A DNA stretch of 64,000 bases from Ginglymostoma cirratum (taxonomy: Eukaryota), in contig JAHRHZ010000130.1 in assembly GCA_024137785.1 (NCBI GenBank), positions 1,562,614-1,626,613 of the forward strand, given 5' to 3'. A program made the position numbers and the translations under genes. The first letter of the stretch is position 1. Every line of letters begins with the position of its first letter. This document shows positions 27,700 through 41,450 of this stretch, piece by piece. The notes beneath the pieces were generated by a model. That model ran no database searches. It saw only the letters and a list, made by a program, of their open reading frames with translations, and was not told the DNA's origin.

Positions 27700-30600
27700 A
27701 GCTGACTGGCTGTGAAGTTACAAACATCTCTGGAAATGGAGTTGGGCCAAAAGGAAAACCAACAGTGACATTTCACAGCTGACCTTGGAGAGACCTCATT
27801 ATCAGAACTACCCACAGTCAGGGTTCAGCTCAGTGGTTTTAAGTCTTTTAAAACATATATGTTAGTCTTTTTTTTTGTAAATCTAGAACAGTGAGTAGGG
27901 TCACGGCTTTTTTAATATGTCTTATTGAGATCGGTCTCTTGATTAATTTTTTTTAAACTATAAAATATAGGGACTAAGTTATTTTAGAGTAGTGTTTTTA
28001 GAGCAGTACGAGTGTGTCTTTTTCTGGGTCTGTAGATTGTTAAGGTGCAGAGTTGGCCTTTCGTAGAGTGGTGTGCTCTTCCTGTCGGATGTGGGCAATT
28101 AGGGAGACTTTCAATGATCCTGATGATTATGTCTGCAGGAAGTGTGTTTGCAAATCCTATCAGATTGCATGGATCGGTTGGAGTGGCAGTTAGAGGTAGT
28201 AGATCATTTACAGGACTGAGGGTGTGATAGGTGGCAGTTTCAAGACAGTAGGGTCCTGCAGATACAGTCAGGTAGATGGGTTACCCCCAAGAAAGGTAAG
28301 AGAGGTAGGCAAAAAGTGCAGGAGTGTGTACCCATCTCAAACAAGTATGCTGTATTGGAAAATGTAGGGGATGATGGACTGTCAGGGAATATAGCACTGA
28401 CAGCCAGGTTACTGGTACCATGACTGGCTCTACTATAATGAGGGGTGTATCAGGTTGCAAGTGATCGATTGTAATAGTGATGGGGGACTCTGTAGTCAGA
28501 GGCACAGACTGACGTATCTGCGGCTAGCTTCTAATAGATTTTAGAGAAACATGACTCAGGGATGGACAGGACTGGCAGCTTAATGTTTCAGAATAAAAAT
28601 GCTATAGGAAGGATGGAAAAGCTGGCAGGAGACGAGAGAGTGTTTTTGGTTAGGGACAGCATTACAGCTGTACCTAGGGAGGATATTCCTTGGAGTAAGT
28701 CGACTTATGTTATTTCGGTGGAACTGAGAAACAAGAAAGGGAATGATCATCTTATAGGGATTGTACCCTGGACCCGCCCCAATAGTCAGTGGGAAATTGA
28801 GAAGCAAATTTATAGGGAAATCTCAGTTATCTGTAAGAATTATAGGATTGTAATAAGGGATTTTAACTTTCCCCACAGTCTGCGACTGTCACAGTGTTAA
28901 GGCCTTGGATGGAAAGGAATTTGTTCAGTGTGGACAAAAAAAATTCTTATTCCGTATGTAGGATGTTCCTACTAAAGCAAAACTTGACCGTCCCTTGGGA
29001 AATAAGGCAGGGCATGCAACTGAGATGTCAGTGGGGGAGCACATTGGGAACAGAGATCATAATTCTATTAATTTAAAATAGAACAGTACAGCACGGTACA
29101 GGCGCTTCAGCCCACGACGTTGTGCTGACCTATTATGCTACTAAGATCAATTTAACCTGCGTACCCAACATTTTACTATCCTCCATGTGCCTATTAAGAG
29201 TCGCTTAAACGTGTCTAAAGTATCTAAATCCACTACCACTGCCAGCAGTGCATTCCACATGCCCACCACACTCTATGTGAAGAACCTACCTCTGACATCC
29301 CCCCTATACCTTCCTCCAATCACCTTAAAATTATGCCCCCTCAAATTTTTCCCCCCGGGAAAAAGTCTCTGACTATCCACTCTATCACTAAAATAGTGAT
29401 GGAAAAGGATAGACCTGGTGTAACAGTTAAAGTTCTAAATTGGAGGACAGCCAATTTTGATGGTATAAGGCACGAGCTTCCAAAATTTGACTGGGGGAGG
29501 CTATTCGCAGGTAAAGGGATGGCTGGAAAGTGGGAACATAAGAACATGTGAAATAGGAGCAGGAGTAGGCCATCCAGCCCCTCGAGCCTGCTCTGCGAGT
29601 CAATAAGGTCATGGCTGATCTTTTCATGGACTCCGCTCCACTTTCCCACCCGCTCACCATAACCCTTAATTTATCCACTGTTCAAAAATCTACCTTTGCC
29701 TGAAAAACATTCAAGAGGGTAGCCTCAACTGCTTCACCGGGCAAGCAATTCCACAGATTCACAACCTTTTCGGTGAAGGCATTCCTCCTCAACTCAGTTC
29801 TAAATCTGTTCCCTGTCATTTTGAGGCTATGCCCCCTGGTTCTAGCTTCACCCGCCAGTGGAAACAACCTTCCTGCTTCTATCTTATCTATTCCCTTCAT
29901 AATTTTGTATTTTTCTATAAGATCCCTTATCCTTCTTCTAAATTATCATGAGTATAGGTCCAGTCTACTTGATCTCCTCTCATAAGCTAACCCTCTCAAC
30001 ATCGTGAACCTCCTTTGCACCCCCTCCAGTGCCAGTACATTCTTTCTCAAGTAAGGAGATCAAAACTGTACACAGTACTCCAGGTGTGGCCGCATCAGCA
30101 CCCTATACAGCTGCAGTATAACCTTCCTGTTTTTAAACTTCATACCTTCAGGACTGAATGAAAATATCCCATTTGTCTTCAAAATTACCTGCTGCACCTG
30201 CAAACTAACCTTTTGTGATTCATGTACAAGGACACTCAGGTCACTCCACACAGCAGCATGTTGTAATTTTTCACCATTTAAATAATAGTCCATTTTGCTG
30301 TTAGTGCCACCAAAATGGGTGACCTCACATTTACTAAACATTGTACTCTATCTGCCAGACCCTTGCCCACTCATTTAATCTATCCATGCCCATCTGCAGG
30401 TTAGCAAGGTTAGATAACATGAAATACAGACAGAGCTAGCCATTTGGATACAAAAAGTGGCTTGAAGGTAGGAGACAGAGGGTGGTGATGGAGGGTTGCT
30501 TTACATACTGCAGTCTCATGATCAGAGGTGTGCTGCAAGAATCGGTGTTGGGTTCACTGGTTTTTGTCATTTATATAAATGATTTGGATTGAATATAAGT

Positions 30601-31060
30601 GGTACGTTTGCAGATGACACCAAAATTGGTGGTGTAGCGGACAGTGAAAGTTATCTCGGAGTAAAACGGGACCTCGATCAATGGGCTAATGAGCTGAGGA
30701 CTGGCAGATAGAGTTTAATCTAGATAAATGTGAGGTGCTACATTTTGATAAGGCAAATCAGGACAGGACTTGTGCATTTAATGCTAAGGTCCTGGGGAGT
30801 GTTGCTAAATAAAGAGACCTTGAAGTGTAGGTTCATAGTGCCTTGACGGTGGAGTCAGAGTTAGACAAGGTGGTGAAGAGGGCTTTTGGTATATTTGCCT
30901 TTATTGGTCAGTGCATTGAGTATAGGAGGTTGGAAGTCATGTTGCAGCTGTGCAGGATATTGGTTAGGCCATTTTTGGAATACTGTGTTCAGTTTTGGTC
31001 TCCCTGCTATAGGAATGATGTTGTGAAGCTTGAAAGGATTCAGAAAAGATTTAAAAGGAT
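27700..31060 (+). mobile_element. Decayed CR1 LINE (5' UTR, ORF1 zinc-finger/esterase, ORF2) with nested insertions, including an antisense CR1 3' end at ~29535-30400
   Basis: ORF1 C..CRMW..RET..DPDDYVCRKC, GDSVVRGTD; EN motifs RPNSQWEIE, DFNFP; RT FADDTK, FLEYCVQFWSP. Confidence 0.8.
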
Positions 31061-31189
31061 AGGATGAATAGCATATCCAATTGCAGCATCTCCAGAGGTA
31101 GAGAGTACAGCCCCAACAGATCGAATAGCCGCTATGATACTGCACCTTTGAATGTGAATGATGAACCTCATCTCAGGCCACACACCTCA

Positions 31190-31700
31190 CATCACAATGG
31201 GGCGCGGCTGATTGATGGCAGCTCCAGACCAATAGGAGGAGAGTGAGCGTCGTTGGTAGACCACGCGGAACCGCTGGTCCTCCAACCAATAAGCGAATGA
31301 GGGGTGGGTCCGACGTGACCATTAACACGCAGGCGTCGTGCCGATGTAACCGGTTCCTCAGTGAGTGCGAAAGTAGTAGTCGGGGAAGGGGCTGAGGTGG
31401 GTGAGAGACGCGGAGAAAAATGGAATCATTGTGGACTGGGAAATTTTATAAACACCTGGTGTGGACCGCTGGACCCGAATTATAAGTTCCCGGGTTTGAA
31501 CCAAAAGAGAAAACGGCTGCATCCTCAGGCTGTAACAGGCCGCGTGTACCGCCACCATCTTTATTAGGGACAAGGTGCAGCAGTGCGCATGTGCTGTTTT
31601 TCCAGTCGGGGCGAGGCGATTTAAGGAGTGGGATTTACACAAAGCAAACTGAATCCAAGATAAATGTTTGCCTTTTCCAGATTTCTATCCTGCGCTGACA
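31190..31700 (+). promoter_or_regulatory. CpG-rich ZNF promoter/first-exon module (likely promoter of the intact ZNF gene)
   Basis: Two CCAAT boxes, CpG enrichment, a YY1-like CGCCACCATCTTT and an NRF1-like TGCGCATGTGC. An acceptor TTTGTTTAACAG follows at ~31720-31731. Paralogous to four other copies. Confidence 0.6.
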
Positions 31701-31801
31701 GTAATTGTTCTCTTTGTAAATTTGTTTAACAGGATATTAATTGAGAATACTTTGCAGACCGGGATCTCAAATCTGCCCAAGAGTCAGCAGGATCATCGGA
31801 A

Positions 31802-32648
31802 GAGATAAAAGGTACTGCAGATGCTGGAGAATCCGAGATAACAAGCATGGGGCTGGATGAACACAGCAGGTCAAGCAGCATCATAGGAGCAGGAAAACTT
31901 GACGTTTCGGGCCTAAACCCTTCATCAGAAATGGGGGAGGGGAAGAGGGTTCTGAAATAAATAGGGAGAGAGGGGGAGGCGGATAGAGGAGAGGATAGGT
32001 GGAGAGGAGGCAGACAGGTCGAAGAGGCGGGGATGGAGCCAGTAAAGGTGAGTGTAGGTAGGGGNNNNNNNNNNNNNNNNNNNNNNNNNNNNNNNNNNNN
32101 NNNNNNNNNNNNNNNNNNNNNNNNNNNNNNNNNNNNNNNNNNNNNNNNNNNNNNNNNNNNNNNNNNNNNNNNNNNNNNNNNNNNNNNNNNNNNNNNNNNN
32201 NNNNNNNNNNNNNNNNNNNNNNNNNNNNNNNNNNNNNNNNNNNNNNNNNNNNNNNNNNNNNNNNNNNNNNNNNNNNNNNNNNNNNNNNNNNNNNNNNNNN
32301 NNNNNNNNNNNNNNNNNNNNNNNNNNNNNNNNNNNNNNNNNNNNNNNNNNNNNNNNNNNNNNNNNNNNNNNNNNNNNNNNNNNNNNNNNNNNNNNNNNNN
32401 NNNNNNNNNNNNNNNNNNNNNNNNNNNNNNNNNNNNNNNNNNNNNNNNNNNNNNNNNNNNNNNNCAGATGCGGCGGAGGCGAAGGAATTGGGAATAGGGG
32501 ATGGCATTTTTGCAGGAGGGTGGGTGGGAGGAGGTGTATTCCAGGTAGCTGTGGGAGTCAGTGGGCTTGAAATGGACATCTGTCTCTAGGTGGTTGCCCG
32601 AGATGGAGACAGAGAGGTCCAGGAAGGAGAGAGAAGTGTTAGAGATGG
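31802..32648 (-). mobile_element. Young 5'-truncated Penelope-like element with 9-bp TSD (contains an N gap)
   Basis: SLSFLDLSVSI...DVHFKPTDSHSYLEYTSSHP..CKNAIPYSQFLRLRRI is a PLE RT C-terminus. TSD TCATCGGAA at 31793-31801 and 32649-32657. Hammerhead motif at 31901-31928. Confidence 0.85.
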
Positions 32649-33399
32649 TCATCGGAATCTGAGCATCATTGGCATTTAACTGTGGAAGGATAAAGGTTTG
32701 TCTGTGGGGAAAAATATCTCCGATATGTTTGTAAACTAAAAAGCAACAAGGTGTTCAATTTTGTGGTTAGTCTACACTTAGGGCAAATCAGTGTTCACTT
32801 CTGGGCTCTGCAGCTGAGGAAGAAGATAAAAACCGAAAGAATTGCGGGTGCTGTAAGTCAGGAATAAAAACAGAAGTTGCTGGAAAAGCTCAATCGGGCT
32901 GGCAGCATCTGTGAAGAGAACCATCAGAATTAACATTTTGGGTCCGGTCACATTAGCTCTGATTTTTTCTTCACAGATGCTGCCAAACCTCTTGAGTTTT
33001 TCCAGCAGTTTCTGCTGAGGAAGATGATGATGGCCTGAGAGGGGGGCACAGATTTATCCAAATAACACCTTGTCTCTTTGAAAGAACTGTCATATTTAGT
33101 CCCAATCACATACTTAGTGATTTTAACTTGTAAATCCTTCATTCTCGAATATCTATAAAATTCATTTTGAAGTTCCTTTCAGGTGAACATTCCAGATTGT
33201 GACAATTCTTTGTTGATCCTGAAAGTGTTGAGTCTGGAGGATTATAAATGGCTGAATTGAAACATGAGATGCTGTTCCCTGAGGTCCCACTGAACATCAT
33301 TGGAACAATGCAGGAAGCTGAAGTCAGAGCAGGTGTGAGCAGACAATTGAAATGACGAGGGTGTACTGTGATTGCTGCTTGGCTAAATGAGAGTGCTTT

Positions 33400-34625
33400 G
33401 GAGTTGGGTGAAAACAGTGAATTAGGTCAGACAGCGAGAAGCTGAAGGGCTGAGTGTCGTGCTCAGTCTCGATGCAGGCAGTTCAGAAAGTGACGTGTTT
33501 CTAATGGAAACAACTAATTGGTGAGTGATACCTTCAGAGTGTTGTCTCTCAGTTTTTTAAAAGTATAATGGCTTGTGTAAAGTTAGGAGCTTTTGATTTA
33601 TAATAGAAATGTTTGAAACAAAGGAAGATCCCAGCTCAATTAAATTCTCTTAAGTAGAGTAACTAAATTAATCTAGACAGAAGCCATGAGATGAGACCAC
33701 TGACCTCTGGTATACTCTTCTTGCACAATGTGGGAGATAAGGGATGCTTCCTGTGTTCCTGACGGCTACATGTTTCAGGAAATATATCCATCTGCAACTA
33801 CTGGCTAACTGCCTTTCAGAGCTGGAGCTATGGGTGGAATCACTGTGGAGCATCCGCGATGCTGAGAATGTCTTGGACAGCACGTTTAGTGGGTTAGTCA
33901 CACCGCAGGTGAGAATTACACAGGGAGAAAGGGAATGAGTAACTGTTAGATAAAGTAAAAAGCTGAGGAGTGAAGTACAGGAGTCCCCAGTGGTCATTAC
34001 CCTCTTCTACAGATATACTGCTTTAGATCCTGTTGGGGGGATTGTCCTCTCAGAAAAGCAGCAACAGACGCGTTATTGTATCGTGGGTAGCTCTGCTGTA
34101 CAGCATGAAAGGCAAAGGAGCGACAGGGCTGTAGTGATAGAGGATTCAATAGTAAGGACTACAGACAGGCACTTCTGTGGTCACAGACATGAATCCAAGA
34201 TTAGGGATGTCATGAATCAGCTGCAGGATGTTCTGGAGCAGGAGTGCGAACAGCCAGTGGTCATGGACCACACAGGTACCAATGACATAGCTAAACAAAG
34301 GGATGAAGACCTGAAAGCTGAGTATTGGAAGACAGGAGATAGATTAAAGTGCAGGACATTAAATGTAGTAATACCATACATACTCCCAATGCCATGTGCT
34401 AGCGAGAGCTAGGACTAAGAGGATAGATCAAATGAATGTGCGGCTGGAGAAATAGTGTATCAGAGAAGGGTTTAGATTCTTCAGTAATTGAGACCATTTC
34501 TGGGAAAGTTGGGACCTGTTCAAGCCTGACAGTTGCCCCTGGGCAGAGCTGGGACAAATCTCCTCATGGAGGCTTTTGCCAGTTTTGTTGGTGAGGTTCT
34601 AAACTAATATGACAGGGGGATGGGA
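33400..34625 (+). mobile_element. CR1 LINE 5' region with ORF1 SGNH/GDSL esterase remnant
   Basis: AVVIEDSIVRTTDRHFCG...VVMDHTGTNDI is the CR1 ORF1 esterase signature; upstream C.KYIHLQLL...LELWV. Confidence 0.8.
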
Positions 34626-35491
34626 ACCAGAGTGTAGGCTTAGACAGTCAGTTTCAGATCAGGAAACAGGAGATAAAACATTAGTTAGTGATGTAGTCAG
34701 TGACTTAGAAAGACAAAATAAATGAGGATCAAGTCTTTCTTCATACATGAGTCCTGACATCCCAGAAATTAGTTTTGTGAACCTTCTTTGTACTCTCTCA
34801 TTAGCCAGGCTATCCTTCCTTGGGAAAGTTGAACAAAAGTGTACACAGTACTCCAGGTATGGGGTCAGAGACTCTGATATAAAATTGTTGAACACGATGT
34901 CCCCATTGTGTCTGTGCTGGTCATCAAGCACCTATGTAGTCAGCTCGTATTTTTGGCCAATCAGTGTGTAACCTATGTTAAACTGCTTTGTGTGATCATC
35001 TAAACACTTCAAGATTACAATGGTTCCTGCATCTACCAACATTTCCAATGCTGCCAAATTTTCTCCAACGTTTTCTGTTTTTGCTTTGGATTTCTAGCAT
35101 TTTGCTTCTGCACCTGTTCTTAGTCCTGTGGAGGAATTGAAGTGTATGGTGGGGACAAGCAGAAAGAGGATTGAGTCGTAAAATGTAGAATTCCCTGCCC
35201 CGGCCCTCCCATCTCTGCCTCATTATGTAGTTTTGTGCAAACTCTCCTTCATTCCCTTCCCTGAAGGACATTTATGAAAGAGTGCAGCTTTAATGGATAA
35301 TCCAGCAATTTCACCAAGTGTTGGCTCTACGTTCATTTCTCTGTTTCACAATCTCTGTGTGTTCTTCCGGTTTTTCATTCACTGCATTTGTTTTCTGTTT
35401 GAAAGGTTGATTTGCAATTGCAGTATTGAAACAAAACCACATCCAGATCTGACAGTCACACTGTTTATTATAACATAATTATCTTAGGATT

Positions 35492-36406
35492 TTGGACGTT
35501 GGAGGAAAAAGCACCGTTCATACCGTGGTGAAACACGTATTGTGTGTGTGTGTGGAAGAGTCTGAAGGTTCATCTGAAATGTCCAAACGCCAGCGCAATG
35601 ACACTAGGGAGAGACGATGGAAATGTGGGGATTGTGGGAAGGGATTTCTTTTCCCATCCCAACTGGAAACTCACCAACACAGTCACAGTGGGGAGAAGCC
35701 ATTCACTTGCTCTCATTGTGGGAAGGGATTCGTTCGGTCATCCCACCTGCTGGAACACCAGCGAGTTCACACTGGGGAGAGACCGTTCACCTGCTCCAAT
35801 TGTGGAAAAGGCTTCATTCAGTCATCTGGCCTGCTTAAACACCAGCGAATTCACACTGGGGAGAAACCATTCACCTGCTATGATTGTGGGAAAGGATTCG
35901 CTCAGTCATCCAGCCTGCATGTACACCAGCGAGTTCACACAGGAGAGAAACCATTCACTTGCTCTGAATGTGGGAAAGGATTCACTCAGTCATCCAGCCT
36001 GTTGATACACCAGCGAGTTCACAGTGGGGAGAGACCATTCACCTGCTCTGATTGTGGGAAAGGATTCAGCCACTCGTCCAACCTGCTTAAACACCAGCGA
36101 GTTCACACTGGGGAGAGACCATTGACCTGTTCTGTGTGTGAGAAAGGCTTTGCTGATTCAAACTCCCTGCTGATACACCAACGAGTACACACTGGGGAAA
36201 GACCATTCACCTGCTCTGAGTGTGGGAAGGGATTCACTTGCTCATCTAACCTACTGAGACACCAGAGCGTTCACACTGGGGAGAGACCATTCACCTGTTC
36301 TCAGTGTGGGAAGGGATTTACTCAATCATCCAAACTGTTAACACACCAGCAAATTCACAAAGAACTTCAGTTGAAGGATTTTGCTCTGACTCGCACCAAG
36401 GAATAA
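35492..36406 (+). CDS. C2H2 (Kruppel-type) zinc-finger protein, finger-array exon with 9 intact fingers
   Basis: Nine Cx2C-x12-Hx3H fingers with TGE(K/R)PF linkers and no stops. A degenerate finger precedes them. The first ATG is at 35579 (the track start is TTG). The stop TAA overlaps an AATAAA. Confidence 0.9.
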   Translation: MDVGGKSTVHTVVKHVLCVCVEESEGSSEMSKRQRNDTRERRWKCGDCGKGFLFPSQLETHQHSHSGEKPFTCSHCGKGFVRSSHLLEHQRVHTGERPFTCSNCGKGFIQSSGLLKHQRIHTGEKPFTCYDCGKGFAQSSSLHVHQRVHTGEKPFTCSECGKGFTQSSSLLIHQRVHSGERPFTCSDCGKGFSHSSNLLKHQRVHTGERPLTCSVCEKGFADSNSLLIHQRVHTGERPFTCSECGKGFTCSSNLLRHQSVHTGERPFTCSQCGKGFTQSSKLLTHQQIHKELQLKDFALTRTKE

Positions 36407-36696
36407 ATTGTGGGCTTTGGGCCATTGGTGCTGATGGTATTAATCACTGCTCAATTAAAGGTGCTGATATTGTCGATAAAATGTTAATAACAATTCTGTA
36501 TCTGTAGGGTAGGTTTTGTATATAATCACATCATTACTCTATCAACACCTTCACACTGGATAAAAGTTGTCCACCTGAGTAGTGTTTGAAAAGGGATCTC
36601 CTGGCTCATCACCAGTGAATTTCTAAGTAACTATAGCAGTTTTTGATACTACTGTTATCTATATCCAAACTATGTTTCTGATGAACATTAGATAGT

Positions 36697-37029
36697 CATA
36701 AAATCCATGCACTGTGGAAATTGGCCATTCTGCTCCTCAAGTCCACAGAAAGCTTCCTACCCAGACCCACACCCAGTCCCTGTACCCTTGCATTTCACAT
36801 GGCTAATCCATTTGACTTACGCATCCCTGGACACTATGGGCAATTTAGCACTGTCAATCCACCCTAACCTGCACACCTTTGGACTGTGGGAGGAAACCTG
36901 TACACCCAGAGGAAACCCACACAGACATGGGGAGAATGTGCAAACTTCACACACAGTCACCCAAGGCTGGAATTGAACACCAGTCTCTGGCACAGTGAGG
37001 CAGTAACTACTAACCACTGAGCCACTGTG
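36697..37029 (-). mobile_element. HE1-like V-SINE
   Basis: Reverse complement of the 8534 copy. Confidence 0.85.
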
Positions 37030-37139
37030 ATATTTGTACACACCACATGTCTGGCTACCAATTTGGGAGAAAAATGATATAAATCAGCTTTTTGTTAAAA
37101 CTACTGTGCATCAAGTCTTTATCTTATCTCTAAAGCAGA

Positions 37140-38560
37140 CTCATTTATTTTGACAGGCTCTGTGTCTCTCCTGACTCCTCCATCCTCACCTCCAAGAGTG
37201 AGGAACGCATGGAGTGTATTTGTTAGTCAAAACGAGCCAGTCAGTACACTTGACAGGAGCAGTTGGGAAAAGGCACATTTAGAGTGGGGGACAGCCCAGA
37301 ATGGTGGAAATGTTGTGCACCATTGAAATTTTGTGCAAAGGGGAGGAAGTTCATATTCTTGTTCAAGGCAGATGGTGTTGCACCTGAACTGGAATGGGAG
37401 CAGCAACCTAATCAAGAGGTTTACGAGTGCTGCAGGGAAGCATGTTAATTAACTTGGCAAGGGGCTGAGATCCAGAGAGAATGTTGAAAGTGTAGGTTGA
37501 ACGGTCAAAATGTGAAGAAACAAATGAAACTCGAAAGTACCAACATTATAGGCCACTTAAGGTACAGGGGAATTTGTCAAAAGTGAAAAGCCCTTAGTTT
37601 AATGCTACAAGTCTGATGAACAAATTAAAATATGGGAGGATGAAGACGCTGCTGTCACTTAGACATGGTTAGAAGCTCAATATTTCAAGATATATGGTCT
37701 TCAAATGAGTCAGCGCATGTGGTAAAAGAGGAGGAGATGCTGCAATTTTGTTCAGGGAATCTGTTAGAGTAATAAAGAGGGATGAAATCTTAGAAAATTC
37801 CTTAAATAAGCCCATATGAGTAGAACTAGAAGAGCAGGTAAGAAGGAAAATTTCACAAAGTTTAAAAGTAAAAGGGTTGTGATAGCAGAGGTTTTCAACT
37901 TCCACTGTGGTCATCGTAGTGTGAAAGGTTTAGAGAATTTTTAAAAATACATCAAGGGCAGTTTTTTTTTAAACCAGTATGGAGAAGTCCTAACAAGGGT
38001 GGGGGAGGTCCAGACTTAACTTTAGGTAACTAAGTGGGGCAAATGGTTGAAGTGTCAGTGAGGAGCATGTTGCAGACTGTTACCGTAACTCTTAGATTCA
38101 TGTTTGTGTGGAAAAGGACAAGGTTGGACCTGAAATCAAAGTTCTAAACTAGTGGATTTTAATAAGATCAGATATGATTTAGCCAGAGTGTGCTGGGAGC
38201 AGATACTTCAGGTAAATGTGCAAATGGGAACTTAAAAGATGGAAAGCTAGAAGGAGGACTGAATTAACACAGGCAGCTAAAATAAAGGAATATGCTCAAT
38301 TGTTTTACAGGTATGTTGATGGTTAAAGGATCAAGAGGGAAAGAGTAAGGCCCATTTAGGGTCCACAGCCATAATTTGTGTGTGGAGCCTGAGGTTGTAG
38401 TTAGGGGTTCGAAACGAATACTTTGTGTCACTGTTCACTAGGGAGAGAGAATGTGTAGAAATCAGGGAAAAGGTCTGTGATAGAATTAAATAAATCAGCA
38501 TAGAGAAGGAGGAGGTTCTGAGTAGTCTTGCAGGAGAAAGTGCCAGATGAGGAGCAAGAA
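37140..38560 (+). mobile_element. Highly decayed CR1 LINE (end of ORF1 and EN region)
   Basis: DG.HLN-like ORF1 end, FNA.SL.NK, GGDAAILF and RNEYFVSLFTRE motifs. Confidence 0.6.
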
Positions 38561-38628
38561 GAAGGGAGTTCACCTTATGGGATAAGAGCATAAAGTATCA
38601 AGATTAGAGGAGGGGATGGGAGAATAAA

Positions 38629-38731
38629 ATCATTCTTCATCATTCTTCATCATTCTTCATCATTCTTCATCATTCNNNNNNNNNNATTCTTCATCATTCT
38701 TCATCATTCTTCATCATTCTTCATCATTCTT
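38629..38731. repeat. (ATCATTCTTC)n decamer tandem repeat with a small N gap
   Basis: Directly visible. Confidence 0.95.
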
Positions 38732-40789
38732 CGAAAACAGATCTCTGACAAAGGGTTCCTGGAGTTGAATCTTTAACTTTTTTTCTCTTGGTATACATGC
38801 TGCTAAATGTGCTGGCTTCCTCCAGTAGTTTCTGTTTTTTTCCTTTGCCTGCTGTGTTGTTGCCCCCCCCTCTTTTTCTGCTGTTACTCTCCCTCTTTTC
38901 CAACTTGTTCTTTGTCGCCCTAGGGCGACAATGAGTAACTAAATCTGCTTTAATAAACCCAGTAATTCTGTTGCTGACTGAATGAACTGTTAATCTGTCT
39001 GCAGAGTTGCCAGTGAAAATATTATGCACTTCTGTTTGGTCTGTCAGTAAATTTTAGCCCTTCTTATTTCACTGAATTGTTTTTTGAAACAGGAGGGAAC
39101 ATAAACTCATGTGACCAGAAATGAGTCCATTGACCTAATTTTGAACAAGTTTCTCCTGACACTGAGATCAACAATTTTGGTTCCTTTCCTATTTTTAAAC
39201 GTGAACACCCATGTGGGAACTCCAACACGACCAAAAGTGAATTGGACTGATACTGGGCTAAAATCAGGGAAGGGGTCATCGCCTGTAGTAGTCAGAACTC
39301 AACCAGTCTCACTGCCCTACCTTTTCCGCTCACACTACAGTACATATTTCTCTTGTCTTAACTTGTTCTTGCTTTCAGGATGAAACATCAATCGCTTCAC
39401 TGGATTCAATTCAGCTGACAGTAATCAGATGCAGTTTAATGTGGTTAATTGTGGGGCAATTTATTTTGGTATGTTGAACATGAACAACTATATAAAATAA
39501 AAGGTGTGAAACCAGAGCAACCTGGAAATAAATGGGCATCAGTCATTGTGACAAGACAGGTCTAGAGAGGATTTAATAAAGCATACAATATCCTTGGCTG
39601 TCTTAATAGGCACTTACACTGTAAGATCACGGGCATACTGGTTCATACTCAGTCGGAAAATTGTGTACAGTTCTGAACATCTCATTTTGGTGGATTTGAA
39701 GGCATGGGAGAGTATAGAAGTGATTTCTGACAGTTATGTTGCAAAGAATAAAAATTCATCTATGAAAAGAATTTCAAAAAGTTGGGAATGTTATCTATGG
39801 AGAAAAGAAAGCTAAGAGGAGATCTGACTAAACTAATCATGAGAGTTCGGAAAAATAAAATCAGCAGGGCATTTTCTCACTCTTGGAAAAAAAATCAAGC
39901 ATACGAGGGGCAGCTTTATAAAGTTAGTAAAACAAGCGAAAGTGATTTGAACAATACAAACGTTTTCAGGTGGCGATTGGTTAGGATCTGAAATACTTTT
40001 CTGTATGTGATGTTGGAGGGAAGTTGGAAATTAAAAATGTGCAGTTATGGGGAGAAGGAAAGAGAATAGCATTAAGTGAAATACTCATTTGGAGATCTGA
40101 CGTAGATGTTGAAGACTGAACGGTCTGTTTCAGCCCTGTAACAATTCTGTGATTCTCAACACAGAAGAAGGTATTATTATTGCAGCATTCTCTGGTCCAG
40201 ATGGTGTGAGTATAGTTTGTTTCTGGATGTCATTATTTGCCTTTTCCCACCCAATTTGCTGCCTATGATAGAAAAATATGTAGATTACATAAAACAGTAA
40301 TTTGCATTTGAAATGGCGACTATACTACCCAGCAAGCCTGCACGGTGTGGAATGTACACTATGCAAAACAGAAGACCAATCTCTGGCTCAGATACTAGCA
40401 GTATTCCTGGTATTATTATTTGACCCTAACCTCCAACCCCACACCTAATTCCTCCATTTTCTACTTCATAACACAAAGTGATATGGAGGACACTGAGGCT
40501 TCGTGAATATATTGTGTAAGGCTCAAAATCCCAAGAAGAACTTACAGTCCCACTGACTGTACCAAACAGAACCATCCACCACCTTTTTTGGGGGGACTGG
40601 ACAGCAAGATACACTGCCAACTTTGTAGGGGGCCAATGTTTGGAATGATTGGGAGGAGTTTACTGCCCATTGTTCAGACTGCAGACATCATGTCCGTCAA
40701 GCTGCATTAGCCTTTCACAGCCCGTGTCTTATTAACGAGGCAGAACACAATAGAAGGAAGTAATTTCTGTTATTCAGATCCCACTATTC

Positions 40790-41450
40790 CATGAGAAGTC
40801 CTGCTGTCAAGGTAAACTTGCAGGTTGTGTCAGTAGTCAGGAAGGCAAATGCAATGTTGTCATTTATTTTGAGAGGATTTAAATATAAAAGCAGGGATAT
40901 AAAACTCTGGTCAGGCCACATTTGGAGTATTGTGTGCAGTTTTGGGCCCCATATCTCAGGAAGGATGTACTGGCCCTGGAGCAGGTTCAGAGGAGGTTCA
41001 TGAGAATGGTCCCAGGAATGAGAAGCTTAACATATGAGGAACGTTTGAGGACTCTGGGAACATACTCATTGGAGTTTAGAAGGATGAGGGGGGATCTAAT
41101 TGAAACTTACAGAATACTGAATGGCCTGGACAGAGTGGGTGATGGTAAGATGCTTCCATTGGAAGGAGAGACTAGGACCGAGGGCACAGCCTTCGAGTAA
41201 AGGGAAGACCTTTTAGAACGGAGGTAAGGAGAAACTTCTTCAGCCAGAGAGTGGTGAATCTATGGAATTCGTTGCCATAGAAGGCTGTGGAGGCCAGGTC
41301 ATTGAGTACATTTAAGAGGTTCCGGATTGTCAAGGGTTACGGACAGAAAGTGGGTGAATAGGTTTGAGGAACTTAAGAGCCATGATTGAATGGCGGAGCA
41401 GACTTGATGGGACGAATGGCCTATTTTCTGCTCCTATATCTTATGGTCTC
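40790..41450 (+). mobile_element. CR1 LINE 3' end
   Basis: LEYCVQFWAPYLRKDVLALEQVQRRF...RMRGDLIETYRIL. Confidence 0.9.

Noticed and set aside
31726-32652. Long ORFs spanning N runs (also 43949-44570)
   Set aside because: Artefacts of translating through assembly gaps; only the PLE RT part is real.
35544-36005. Alternative-frame ORFs overlapping the zinc-finger arrays
   Set aside because: Shadow frames produced by the 84-bp finger periodicity.
40560-40700. Peptide resemblances to MHC class I alpha-2 (GGQCLE*L) or P2X (YCPLFRL)
   Set aside because: Only a few residues, interrupted by a stop, with no supporting exons; not distinguishable from chance without a search.
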